A DNA stretch of 62,658 bases, the filler included, from Choristocarpus tenellus KU-1152 (taxonomy: Eukaryota > Protista > Phaeophyceae): NCBI GenBank assembly GCA_964200185.2. It is 10 parts of 10 records of this genome, joined end to end, with 100 filler letters (N's around TTAATTAATTAA, not from the genome) between each part and the next. Parts side by side here need not be neighbours in the genome. Positions count along the whole stretch, not along the records: positions 46,499 to 51,700 come from CAXNAD020011521.1; positions 51,801 to 55,836 come from CAXNAD020016552.1; positions 55,937 to 62,658 come from CAXNAD020007484.1; 7 more parts are not named here. One strand, 5' to 3'. Below, in pieces: positions 51,458 to 62,658 of the stretch (its first letter is position 1; every line of letters starts with the position of its first letter). Position numbers and translations under genes: made by a program. The notes beneath the pieces are model-generated. The model did no database searches and was not told the origin of the DNA. It saw only the letters and a program-made list of their open reading frames with translations.

Positions 51458-51647
51458 GGGGGAGTGTTGTGTTCGTGGATAGTGCTGTTGATACACTATA
51501 GACACCACCAGTGGATTAGATGATAGAATATGTATTGACTCACTAGGGTCCATTGATTTGTGTCATGTTCAAGATACACTTGCTATACTGAAGACAAGTA
51601 AATAAGTGATTCATAGAAATTTAGTGTGGACGATTGCAAACCCCACA
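51458..51647 (+). mobile_element. Polypurine tract plus Copia-type 3' LTR (TG...CA, 51465-51647)
   Basis: GGGGGAG lies immediately before TGTTG and the element ends ...CCCCACA; homologous ends at 48119-48338. Confidence 0.6.
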
Positions 51648-51663
51648 CTATAGGAAAAGTAGT

Positions 51664-51700
51664 GACCCAAAGTATCTGAGGGAGGGGGGGGGTCTACACC
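51664..51700 (-). mobile_element. MITE family B end at contig break
   Basis: GACCCAAAGTATCTGAGGG...TCTACACC. Confidence 0.7.
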
Positions 51701-51800
51701 NNNNNNNNNNNNNNNNNNNNNNNNNNNNNNNNNNNNNNNNNNNNTTAATTAATTAANNNNNNNNNNNNNNNNNNNNNNNNNNNNNNNNNNNNNNNNNNNN
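51701..51800. other. Artificial contig spacer
   Basis: N44-TTAATTAATTAA-N44. Confidence 0.99.
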
Positions 51801-51879
51801 CAAAATTACATCAAAATTACAACATTGGCTATTGGCCCCCCAAATGGACCCGGCTCTACCCTCTAAGATACTTTGGCTC
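51801..51879 (+). mobile_element. MITE family A right part
   Basis: CAAAATTACATCAAAAT...CTCTAAGATACTTTGGCTC. Confidence 0.85.
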
Positions 51880-52469
51880 TCAACCATATTCCTACTGTTC
51901 GAGCTCTCCACTGCAGCTACTACCACCAACCTGGACACCCCATACGCCAATTTCCGAACCGTCCTCTTGTCCCCACCTGACCACCACCCGATGCCCCTAC
52001 CTCACCACCATTCCACGCCCGTGCCACATTCCCTGACGCCCGGTGTTCCTCCCACATCACACCCCACTCTTACTGACACAGCATGCCGAGCGAGCACCAC
52101 ATCAACAAACCCACCGCCTGCCCATCACTCACCCACCACCTCCCCTCCCACCTACAACCAATCACGACCAAGCATACATCCACAGAATAAGACACAACCA
52201 CAACCGACTTCACCACAATCATTCCTCGCCCTGGCTGCACAGCTCCTCCCCTGCCTAATCCCTTCTGCCAAACACGCCACCCACCACCTCTTGTCACACC
52301 CTCTTACCCCTGCCCATCCCATCACTGCACCTGGCATGGGGAACCTCCATCTCCCTACACATTGGCAAGCCACCTCCACTGGACTGTTGCAGCAAAACTC
52401 ATCATCACCTACTGTCGCATTGTCCTTCATTATTCTGCTGGTACCTGGTTAGAGTCGTCATTTGTGTAC

Positions 52470-52727
52470 GAGTGAAAGTATCTTAGAGGGTACGATTTCT
52501 GCCCTGTTTGTCCATTTGGAGCTTGACTTCCCACAGGTTTTTTATGATATTTTACCTACTCCAAGATGTTCCGGAGTAGGTAAAATGTATCCATTATGAA
52601 AAGGTGTGGGCGGAACAAGGGTTTTGACATCTTCTAACAAACATAATAGCCAAAATTACATCAAATTGCAAAATTGGATTTTGGCCCCCAAATGGATGCG
52701 ACTCTACCCTCTAAGATACTTCGACTC
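52470..52727 (+). mobile_element. MITE family A (258 bp), 4-bp TSD GTAC
   Basis: GAGTGAAAGTATCT...AGATACTTCGACTC with GTAC on both flanks. Confidence 0.9.
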
Positions 52728-52827
52728 GTACTCCATCTGTGCTATGGCGATCACTGGCTGGACTACAGTTACTATTCACACCCACATCTACTGAATTACA
52801 ATGACCAGACGCGGATTTTGGAGCTTG

Positions 52828-53006
52828 GGCTCAAAGTATCTAGGGTGTGTGTGGCGACTGTCCATTTGGGGACAATTTTTTCATGTCGTGATTTTTGGGT
52901 GATTTGGTTGCATATGTCAATGTATAGTGCAAATGTACTTTTCCTAATTTTGGCCCAAATGGACACCCTGGTGTAGACCGCCGCCACCCCTCAGATACTT
53001 TGGTTC
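52828..53006 (+). mobile_element. MITE family B (179 bp)
   Basis: GGCTCAAAGTATCT...AGATACTTTGGTTC; flanks are CTTG and CTAG. Confidence 0.85.
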
Positions 53007-53062
53007 CTAGGACGCCTTGTACTCCATGGACTTCTCCCCGTGTCCCCCCAACCCGCCACCTT

Positions 53063-53318
53063 GAGCCAAAGTATTTTAGGGGGTACGACCGCGTCCATTT
53101 GGGGGTCAATATCCAATGTTGCGATTTTGATGTAATTTTGGCTATCGTGTTTGCTAGTAAGTGTCAATATCCTTGTTCCGGACACACTTGTCACAACATA
53201 CACATTTTACCTACTCCGAACATTTGGAGTAGGAAAATGCCATTAAAAAAAACGTGGGAAACCAAGCCCCAAATGGACAAACAGTGCAAAACTTGTACCC
53301 TCTAAGATACTTTCACTC
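53063..53318 (-). mobile_element. MITE family A, TSD CTT
   Basis: GAGCCAAAGTATTT...AGATACTTTCACTC with CTT on both flanks. Confidence 0.9.
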
Positions 53319-53949
53319 CTTCTCACCCACAACATTCCCACACCTGCCCTTCCAGTTTTACCTACCCAATCCACCGACCAACTGACACCCTAAACCCACC
53401 TGCCCTCCCGGTATCACCTACTCTCACCCCTCCCCCACTCACCTCTCCCATTGACCCCACACCCCGACCAATGACACCTGTCCCTACACCATTCACCACA
53501 CTGTCCTTACCCTCCATACCACTTACCGCCTCCATCACCGCCCCCGAGCACTTCCAACAAACTCCACACCCAACACCCATGTACACCTTTCACTTTGCCC
53601 ACACCGCCGTCACAAACCCAGCCCTATCCACCGCATTGACCACGTGGTCACAAGCCACTACTCCACACACCACTTGCACAAGACACACCCATACACACCA
53701 TCACATACCTAAGACAACCCCCCCCCACACCATCACTTGCCCATGACCACCCCCCCCACACACCACATCACTTGCTCAAGACCACCCCCGCACACACATC
53801 ACATAACTTACCCAAGACGCCCCCCACCATACACACCACTTCACTTGATTCAGGCTTCCACAACAATTTCCACAAATATCAACTTTACTTGATGGAACCT
53901 ACCCACCTTCTACCATACGTTGACCACAAGGAAGAAAAATTTCACGAAT

Positions 53950-54500
53950 GCCAGCAATGCAATAACAAAATTTCTACATTGGCCAAGTGACTCAAGTGGA
54001 GATACCTCCATCTTTGACATCCGTTCATTCTACAAGAGTCGTGTCTGTTATATTTTGTCCGAGTATATTGATGTTGTACCTCCATGTCATACTACGTACC
54101 TTGGAAGGCTGTATCAGATCATTACTTAGAGAGCCTACAAGTGAAGACATTTTACAGCCGGTACGTTTGTGAAAGAAATGAACCGTAACATGAAGTTTCT
54201 TGTTCTGCAGCTCTGAAGTTGTCTTAACGAACTTGCTTAGAAGCCGTGTTGATTTGATCGAATTGATGGAGACGTGGGTGGGTGACTGAAGGTACATACA
54301 TATATTATTCCCACATATACGTATGCAGTGCAGTTTGGGTCATGATTTGACCAGACTGGTCAAGGACTGACGAGAATCCTTAAGGAAAACCACGTTGCTG
54401 AGGAAGGCATCAAAAATCAAAATCTTATTCAAGCAGAATATTCCCATGTCCTTGTCGCCCTATGTGCCACTATCACCTACTGCAGTGGATTGAGAACCCC
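53950..54500 (-). pseudogene. Decayed Copia GAG-pre-integrase/integrase fragment
   Basis: WHIGRQGHGNI (cf. WH.RLGH.N) and DLIQPSKVRSMTWRY (cf. D..GP....S..G.RY) occur in the expected order. Confidence 0.4.
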
Positions 54501-54947
54501 AAATTTCATGCGATCCAAGTAATGGCCTTGTGCAGCACTTATTTCAGTCCGACTACAGCCTTACCGAGCAAGCTTCCTCAAAACCTGAACTGTTTACTCG
54601 CTGATGAACTATCTGAAGTTGAAATACAGCTGCAGTGTAGGTCTACGAGGTGGCGTCCCCTTGTTCGGTAGCACATGTACGTGAGAACGAGATAGAGGAA
54701 GCAACAGAATAGATAAACCTGTTAAGAACAAATATGTTAGAAGGGACGCCAGTCCCTACTCCTTAGGTGTTTTCAACAATCAGGTGTAGGAAGAGAGCTC
54801 ACATTCATTTGGGGATCTACTCAGAGAACTTGCAGTGAAAAGCGGAGGCAAGATGAAAAATATATTTCCTGGTAGATTAGAGTGGAAACAGTTATCTACA
54901 ACATGGCAAATCATGGTTGCAGGGACCAGCCAGATCTAGGTGCTGGA

Positions 54948-55205
54948 GAGTATAAGTATCTTAGAGGGTACGAAATATTCCCTCTTTTTCCATTTGGGGT
55001 TGACTTTCCACGGGTTTTTAGTGACATTTTACCTACTCAAAAATGTTCAGGAGTAGGTAAAATGTATACATTATGGAAAAGATTGTCCGGAACAAGGATA
55101 TTGACATCTCCTAAAAAACGCGATGGCCAAAATTACATCAAAATCGCAACATTGGATTCTGACCCCCAAATGGACACGGCTCTGCCCTCTAAGATACTTT
55201 GGCTC
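54948..55205 (+). mobile_element. MITE family A (258 bp), 4-bp TSD TGGA
   Basis: GAGTATAAGTATCT...AGATACTTTGGCTC with TGGA on both flanks. Confidence 0.9.
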
Positions 55206-55836
55206 TGGAAGATACCCCACATCCCTTGGTCAACCAACGCACAGGAACTGTTCCGAAAACTAATCTTTCACCTCCTGAATCACTTCGATTATGTCTGTCA
55301 CAGGAAAAAGAATTTTAATGGTGGTTGCATAAACACCACTATCAGCTTGATTTCCTACATTAAGTATGCTGTCCTTCTTCACTATTCGTTTTTTATTCCT
55401 TGTGAGGCCATTCTTTGTGCATATGTCAAATCGTTCAGTGAAAATCAAAGTCAGAGATCCAACATAACCTTTATCATATTTTTCACCATGGTACAATTTC
55501 AAGCCTCATCTTCAGCAGCCCAGATGTTTGTAGATTGGAGCTGCGCATCCGATCAAGGAAAGCTACTGGGAGCGTTTTGTAACATCGAGGTCCTACCTTG
55601 TCCTTCAACACTGGAGAGAATATGCGGACCACTATATGGGACTATTGTTGACTCCTTGGGACATCCTGTGTTCGATTAGACTCTTCCAACTCTATCGGAC
55701 AGTTACGGTAAAATACGTATGGAGTAATGGAACAATCAATTAGTGGTTGAGTTATCAGAACATTTTACTAGTGATTAGTTGAATGAGAATTTTTCTCATA
55801 TAAAAGGAAATATCTCTGATTTTATGGGGCCTTGCA

Positions 55837-55936
55837 NNNNNNNNNNNNNNNNNNNNNNNNNNNNNNNNNNNNNNNNNNNNTTAATTAATTAANNNNNNNN
55901 NNNNNNNNNNNNNNNNNNNNNNNNNNNNNNNNNNNN
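55837..55936. other. Artificial contig spacer
   Basis: N44-TTAATTAATTAA-N44. Confidence 0.99.
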
Positions 55937-56106
55937 TATCTGGGGGTTGGGGTGGAGTCTACACCAGGGTGTCCATTTGGGTCAAAATCAGGAAAAGTGC
56001 ATTTACATTATCCATCTGACGTATGCAACTAAATCACCCAAAAATCGCGACATGAAAAATTTGACCCCAAATGTACAGCTGCCACCCCCCCCAGATACTT
56101 TGAGCC
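55937..56106 (-). mobile_element. MITE family B, nearly complete
   Basis: Reverse-homologous to 6704-6876; ends AGATACTTTGAGCC. Confidence 0.85.
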
Positions 56107-57269
56107 TGCTTTTGTCAACATCTGCACACATGATGGAATGACAACTACTCAGTACTTGCTTGATTGATGTGAAGTTCGAGTGCCCTCTTTTGCCCATATT
56201 GGGGGGAGGGGATGTTACTATGTGTGTCGCTGTCTGACACATGTGCCATGTCGTGGGGTTGTGACTGAGAAGCATCATGAGCATCTCATGTTTATCCTTG
56301 CAACAGTAGAGAGGTTCTGGGCAAGAGCCGTCATCTCTGCGACTCCAATCCCCAGAATCTTGTCTCAAATCCATCTCTTCAGAAGCTGAGGGTATATAAC
56401 AACAGTGAAGACCCTTTCCTTCAGAAAATGGTGTATACATGTCCTTGGGCTGTGTACGGTGGAAACCTCATGGTTGACCTATCAAGCAAGGCCTTGGGTC
56501 TCCCCGTGACATTCCTGTATGGACTTGAGAATCTGGTGTAGAACCCTGGGGGTTATGGGGACCATTGCTGAGTGTTTGTTTCACACACAAGGCACTTGAA
56601 ATCATGTGGCGCCAAAACACTGTCCTACGAATATGAGGCTGTCAACATGCTGAAACCCTACGAGGAATACCAAGCAGCGATGCTATCCTCTAATGCCCCA
56701 CAATCTTTAAGGAACGTGCATAGAGTGCAACACTTCAATAGGCTTCATCACTGAAATCGCTTGGTGCACCTCAAGCATACAGACGGTCAGAAGGTATCAC
56801 TTGAATGTGATGCCTTGAAAGGGAGTGACCATGATCATGATGTCTGCTGCCCTGAAGTTGGTGCGAGTGGTGATTGAAGTGAAGGAGGACAAACAAAAAG
56901 GAAAACCAATGCAATAGAGTCAGAGTAACGCCTCTTCCCCGTTTCAAATGAACAGGGCTAGCGACCTGCCTCAGAAGACCTACACAACCATCCACGCTAA
57001 GTGGGTAGTGTGGGACTAGGATAAGAAGACAAGAAATCCTTCTCCCTCACTTCAGCGGACCATGCCATGTTTGTCAAACTCTGTATCCAAGATGCTGTCA
57101 CCACCATATTTACATCCTTCTTCCACACTCTCACAGAGTAGAGATAACTGCAGAGGGAGCTGTCTCACAATACAGCTCCAATCAATGCAGGCCAAATATA
57201 TACCTGGAAGAAGAAGAGACAACTGAATGCGTCCGACCAGAGGAAAACACCCAGCAAACTCAACTAGGA

Positions 57270-58800
57270 TCAAGAGTCCCTTGTCCGTTTCTGCCCAGGT
57301 CCATGAGGCTCCTCCGGTGGACTGTGGACTTCTGCTTGCTGAGTCTGCATGTCCATCAATCCATTTGCAACAGTCTCAAGGTGATCAAACAATGAAGATG
57401 CTGTTTGATAGGAAACAGAGGACAAACTCAGCTTCCTAGCCAATTTCTTCGCTCTCTCAACCAAGTTTTCATAGTATCGTAGTTGGGCTGCCAAGGACCT
57501 CTGTCCTTCTGCTCTATTGCTACACTCTTTGTCACATTCCCCCACCATATCAACAGTTGGCCCATCTTTGGCACCACACTTACGCTCATTGCAACCCTTC
57601 AGCTCCACATTATTGTCTGCTATACACCTCTCAGCATGTTTCAAGCACACCTGAGTTTGTGGTAGGGCATAAGGTGAAACAAGAGATGCTGCCTTGTAGG
57701 CACCACAAAAGTAAACAATAAGAACAACAATGCACTCTTTATCATATTAATAGGGAATCATGCAAACAAAATGGGCACACAATCATAGTCCATTTTGTCT
57801 AGTGACACAATACTACTACTGAATCACAGCACAAAGAGGTAGCCATTAACTTCACACATCACAGATTATTCTCACATGGGATATCTCTGGTGCAGAAAAC
57901 TCACTCCATGTAATGCAGACCTTGAAGGGGCAGTCGATCTAAAGATGGCATTGGGACAGGAGAGAAACTTATGTTGATTAGGTCAAGCATCACACGCCAT
58001 GTGGACCCACAGCTTCTTTACGCCCTCTACCTGTAACCAACAGGAACATAGTTACATGACTGGCACATTGCTACAAAACCAGTCTGATGTGATGAGTCTC
58101 ACCATCTCTGTACCACCTGTACCTTCTTCGAATGACGTTCCCTCCGTAGGGCTGGATCAGTACTCTTGGGATTGTTCCTCTTACGTCCAGCATACTGGCA
58201 AACCATCTTAGCGTTGTACCAGCGTTCCGTTTTCATCCCATGCAGCTGTCACAAATAGTATATTCAAGTTTGACACAGTAGGGTTGGAACAGGAGTATGA
58301 CATAGAATGTATGATATAGGAGGCAACATTCTGTCCCTCCAATGAAAGCAGTACCTATAGTTAAGACTAAGAACCAATCCCAATTTCGTACCATCAACTA
58401 AGTCTACGGAGTGCTTACACATACGGTATATTCTATTGTTTGTTGAACAAGACCTCTGGGTAGGGTGCACGTAAGAAGATGCACGCACTATCAAACATCT
58501 TGATCATTCCTTAGATTACAATGAGGTGCCCCTTTTCTGTAAGGGCTCCAACTCATTGGCTTCCCCACCGCAGCTCATCCTCCCAAAAGATGCAATCTTG
58601 CAATCAATTGACTCGCAAATCTAAGTGTACTTCAAGACTCACCTTCTTCTTCCGCACCACCCGTAGCGCTGTGAATCCCTGAGCTGCCAAGGCAGATCTC
58701 ACTCGTTCCCAAATATGCTCCCAAGTTTCATCCGGTGTGCCCTCCACATCGAACTTTGTACCCCTTTCGAGGGTAATATGGTTGCCATGACCATCACGAT
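57270..58800 (-). pseudogene. Decayed intron-containing Mutator-like (MULE/FAR1-type) transposase fragments
   Basis: ERGTKFDV...VRSALAAQGFTALR, then KMVFQYAGRKR...RRERHSKK|IDCPFKVCI (FAR1/WRKY-GCM1-type finger), then a SWIM-like C..H remnant (CLKH). No DDE core is seen. Confidence 0.45.
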
Positions 58801-60595
58801 CTGCCCAAGATGGTAAATCGTTCTTTCATGACAAGGATGCCATAGCACGGTTGGGCGGTCAGGACATTTGCGCAAGTTTGAACTGTTTCAAGAAAACATT
58901 GCATAAACACTCCTCTGTGTATTTGGTCGTAAGTGCCAGCTAATCAATGATCAAGGGGATCGCGTTCAAGTCATATGCTCTTGACTAATTCTTCAGGTTT
59001 GGTATCAACTTTGCACTTACCATCCTGTAAAGTAGTTACATTCCCTACGACACAGAACCCCCAAACTACAAAGAGTCCAGCACACTAATATACAAGCCGC
59101 GCCCACCTCATCACTCATGGCTGAGTCTGATACACAACTTTCTTCCGAATGAAAATTGAGTACATTTCATCTTCCTCTTGGTAAAAAACGTCGGTTCAAG
59201 AATGAACAACCTTCCAGGTATGTTGAACTCCTGAGTAGTTGTGAGACCTTCACAACCCCAAAGCTTAACACCTTACCCTCGCTCCAAGCCAGTGGGAATC
59301 TCTGTACCTTCTTGAAGTGATATACTGTCAAGAATTTTCGATTCGCCATTGGGAGGTGACGTGGGGGGGGTATCGGTGTCTTAGGTTGGAGCACAATGTC
59401 AAGTCCTGGTTCAGCGCTTACTCTCGAGACCACAGGCAGATTCTCAGTCTTTTGTCCAGCTGGTGCTTCTGTTATAGGCTGTGAAGCCACTAAGAAACCG
59501 GACAAAGTGCCTATAGGTGAAAAGAAGAAGGAACCTAAGAAATCCGCAAAGAAGGCATCGAGCACGACTCGGGTGAGAAGCCATGGCAGGTACAGAGGTC
59601 AATGACGGGATCTCAACCTGCCTCTCTACACCCCCTCATTGCCAGGGCTAGTGCTGGTTACGCAGTGGGCAGAGGAGAAGCTTGGAAAAGAGTCTAGTGT
59701 TTAGTCCCCAACCGATAGCGGGGGATTCCATATATACTCTTCGATCCGACTTCCACCATCCTGATGTTGTCTTTCAGGGTCCATATCGAAGGGCACTGCC
59801 GTGATGAATCATTTTGTCGCAGGCATCCAAGTTAAAAATCCTTTGCACACTGATAACTAGATCTCAGTACCACTCTTAAATGTGTAATCTAGTCTTGTTG
59901 AAGGCCCATGGACATAAGCGATGGGACATCATGAAAAAGCTTGAGTGGTGTCAGATATGTTGCACTCCACACTTTATACCACTATGCTCTTGCAGCTCAT
60001 TTCGTTTCGAATAGCTAATCATGTTGTCCTATAACTTCGGAAGTACTTCTCAATGGCGCTTAAGGCACTTTCGCTTAAAAATTGCTGTTGTGTATAAAAT
60101 CCTTCATGTTGTGGTCACGTCAGGAGGTTGGGGTACAGTTGTGTTTTAGGTCGAGGTAGGAAAGGTGAAGGAATGCAATTATTACCTACAAGAATCATTT
60201 CCCCTCTATGTAAATATAACCGAAGTGCATTCATGTGGATAAAAGAGAACTGATTAATGTCAATTCATTCGCCAAGTTATGGTCATTGTTAGGCAGTCTA
60301 TCCCCAGAGTATCCATCGATCCTCATCTGCCTTGAGCGTTGGTTGAACTTTTAACATTTCGTCTATTTTACGAACAAGAAATAGCTAACAATGTCAACCA
60401 TCTCTGTCCAGACTCCCCCTCCCTCTCCTTACCAAAAAAATTCCAGCACAAACATGAATTCTCAGTCTTCTACCATCCAAAGATTGTGGTGTGGATACTA
60501 GTTTCATTCCATGCAGGCCTTGAAGAGCTAACCAACAGTATATTAATACCCTTTGATTCGCTGCTGAACCACGTCTTTGTCAACATTTCGATTAG

Positions 60596-61751
60596 GGACT
60601 GCCAAGCGAGGGTGTTGAGGAGAGCAAGTCTTCCCCCCTTCCACCTAAGGCAACTCCTCCTGCTGCTGCTGCCACATCGGGGGTTCCTGCACCTGCTGAG
60701 GCCATGGACTTGGACCGACTTGCAGCCTCTGTAACAAAACAGGGTGGTGTTGTGAGACAGATGAAGAAGGTAAGTCTGTGTGACACTGAACTACCATGTA
60801 ATAGTTGATTTTGTCAGTCTTTCCTCTCAAAGTTCCCGTTGTTGTAACCCTCTCAAGTGTGAAGGTTGGCTGTCAGTTGGCCACTGCCCCCTTGACTCAT
60901 TTGTCGCACTTTTCAAGCAGGTATGCTCTCAAGCGCCTTATTTTGTTTACTCAAGGTTAGGGTTAGGGTGTGGTCTCGTTGCAGATTATCTGATGTAAGG
61001 GGGTTGAAGAGAAAGGAAACTCGCTGGGCATGCAATCAAAGTGGTCAACTTGAGTTGTCATTTTTCACTGCGATGAGTAAGACACAACAGTCATGTTGTG
61101 TCTCCTAAGTGCGTGTGTGGCGTTATGTGCTGCCTATGCACCACACACCAAGTAGGCAGTGAGGATCTTCTGTAAACGATCAGAGCAGGTGCTTAGGTGA
61201 TCCTCCATAATCCCATCCCTAACCCTCTTCCTGCCCTTGATTAAACTCATCCATTAACCCTAGCAATATTTATGATCGCCCTTTCGCTGAACCGTTCTAT
61301 GCAATGGGTTAGGGTCAGGGTTAGGGCTGATCCCCCCCCCCCCAGCATGTGTTCCTTTCTCAAGTTATTGGTCATTGTAGTAGACAGTGTTCCGTTCTAT
61401 CTCTCTCTTGACAAGTGAGATCTGACGAGCTGTGGGTTGTAGTGGGTTAAACACATTCTGTCTTGTCAATATGCAGCAGCACTTACTGATGAGCTAGATC
61501 GATTGGTATAATAATGCATTTCTTTCAATGATTCCCCCCCCCCCCAGCTCCATTTCGGCATTTGCCATATGTCTGGCTCTCATGTTGCTTGTGTTGCAAC
61601 CCTAACCCAACCTAACCCTTACCCCAACCCAACAAGGATGGTGCCGATGGGGAGGCTATCAAGGCAGAGGTGGCCAGGCTGGTTGCTCTCAAAGCAGAGC
61701 TAGCAACTGCACAGGCTGCTGTAGCCTCAACAGACACATTTGACCGCAAGA
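60596..61751 (+). CDS. WHEP-TRS domain of an aminoacyl-tRNA synthetase, probably glycyl-tRNA synthetase. Exons 60596-60769 and 61637-61751; partial at both ends
   Basis: LAASVTKQGGVVRQMKK|DGADGEAIKAEVARLVALKAEL is a WHEP helix-turn-helix. The following TFDRK resembles the start of the eukaryotic GlyRS core. The catalytic exons are absent from the contig. Confidence 0.7.
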
Positions 61752-62658
61752 GTGAGTGGTGGAGAATATAGATTGGGTTTTCTGGGCAGTCCTGGGTTGA
61801 TCTGGGCTGCCCTGGGGCATGTACTCCCAATACACTGTGACTGTTGTCGATATGTTCATATTACTTGGTAGGCAATGCAATCATACTTCAGAGTATTCTA
61901 ATGGGTATTTAATACACCCCAGACCCTTGTTCCTTCCACTGATTATCGCCAATTGTTGCCGAGTATATGATTCCTTTGTGGTACTGCCGCTAAACATCGC
62001 CTTCCTTCTATGAGGAAAACTAAGGAAGCAGTTCACGCATTTTTTTGTGCTCGCGGCAGTCAGAGTGTAGCAACGGTAAGAGTAGATACAGACATTCCTA
62101 ACTGTACATGATAATAATAGGGATAGGGTTAGCAAGCAACTACGTACACTCTCCAGACGGTTGGTTACTTTGCTGCACTGACTGCTGTCCCCTCTACAGG
62201 ATCCGCACAGATTTGCGGCCACTCTGCCCTTCTTATGATTATTGTTCTTGAATTGGAACATAACAGGTCCTTTTCCCCACACCGATCAATGTAGACGAAG
62301 GCTGACCTACAACACACTGTTCATAGTGCTACCATGTGATTGAGAGGTACTTCCCACTTGTGCAGACTGGTCTGGGGACGATGTCCGGGATGCGTTCTTT
62401 TGACCCTGCAACCTTGACCCTAACCTTAGCCCCCTCCCTCCCCTCTTCCCCCGGACCCCTACGTAGATTTTTTTTTTTAAGCAATCGTATTTTTATAGCG
62501 GTGATTACTACGGCGATAACTCGATAGCGATGATGGCAGTGTATTTTAAGTTTGCAGTTATCGAGAAAGTTTGTTTACTATTTGAAGTATGTATGCCAGG
62601 CGTGTCTTCGTGTGCTTTTCAAATGCAATCTTGATCATTAGTGCGAATTGGGGGGGGG

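Noticed and set aside
51832-53880. Pro/His/Thr-rich ORFs
   Set aside because: C/A-skewed low-complexity DNA interleaved with MITEs, with no splice or homology support.
54882-55679. 265-aa ORF
   Set aside because: The first part is a family-A MITE and the rest has no recognisable protein character; most likely a chance open frame.
6602-55936. Recurring TTAATTAATTAA palindrome between N runs as a biological motif, and gene clustering across it
   Set aside because: These are identical 100-bp synthetic contig linkers. Apparent neighbourhoods such as RPL17 with SLX9 and GlyRS are artefacts of concatenation.
62455-62500. LRRFFF as the next GlyRS exon (KRRFF motif)
   Set aside because: It comes from a T-run, lacks the following FEIYGG/LYD.GP motif, and the phase does not fit.

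Overview
Eukaryotic, intron-rich genomic DNA. It is most consistent with a brown-alga-like stramenopile; this is inferred from gene structure, scattered TTAGGG/CCCTAA motifs and protein style, and is not proven. The window is not contiguous: ten separate contigs (1-6601, 6702-12557, 12658-20244, 20345-25094, 25195-31284, 31385-40218, 40319-46398, 46499-51700, 51801-55836, 55937-62658) are joined by artificial 100-bp N44-TTAATTAATTAA-N44 spacers, so neighbourhood across spacers has no meaning. Recognisable spliced genes are RPL17/uL22 (with an apparent ~25-aa insertion and a candidate 6-nt micro-exon), an SLX9/FAM207A-like ribosome-biogenesis factor, a membrane-anchored YHS-domain protein, an SDP1/TGL-type patatin lipase fragment, an AAC4-like PD-(D/E)xK-fold protein, a WHEP-domain tRNA synthetase 5' part (probably GlyRS), and three unknown multi-exon genes. 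Mobile DNA is abundant. It includes a pogo/Tigger deletion derivative with intact ends that encodes a PHD-like finger plus HTH but no DDE domain, three MITE families sharing an AAAGTATCT terminal core with 3- or 4-bp TSDs, and decayed hAT, piggyBac-like, MULE, Tc1/IS630-like and Copia remnants. No rRNA, tRNA or CRISPR array is supported. I did not find a clear multi-gene novel system; the best leads are single-locus oddities.
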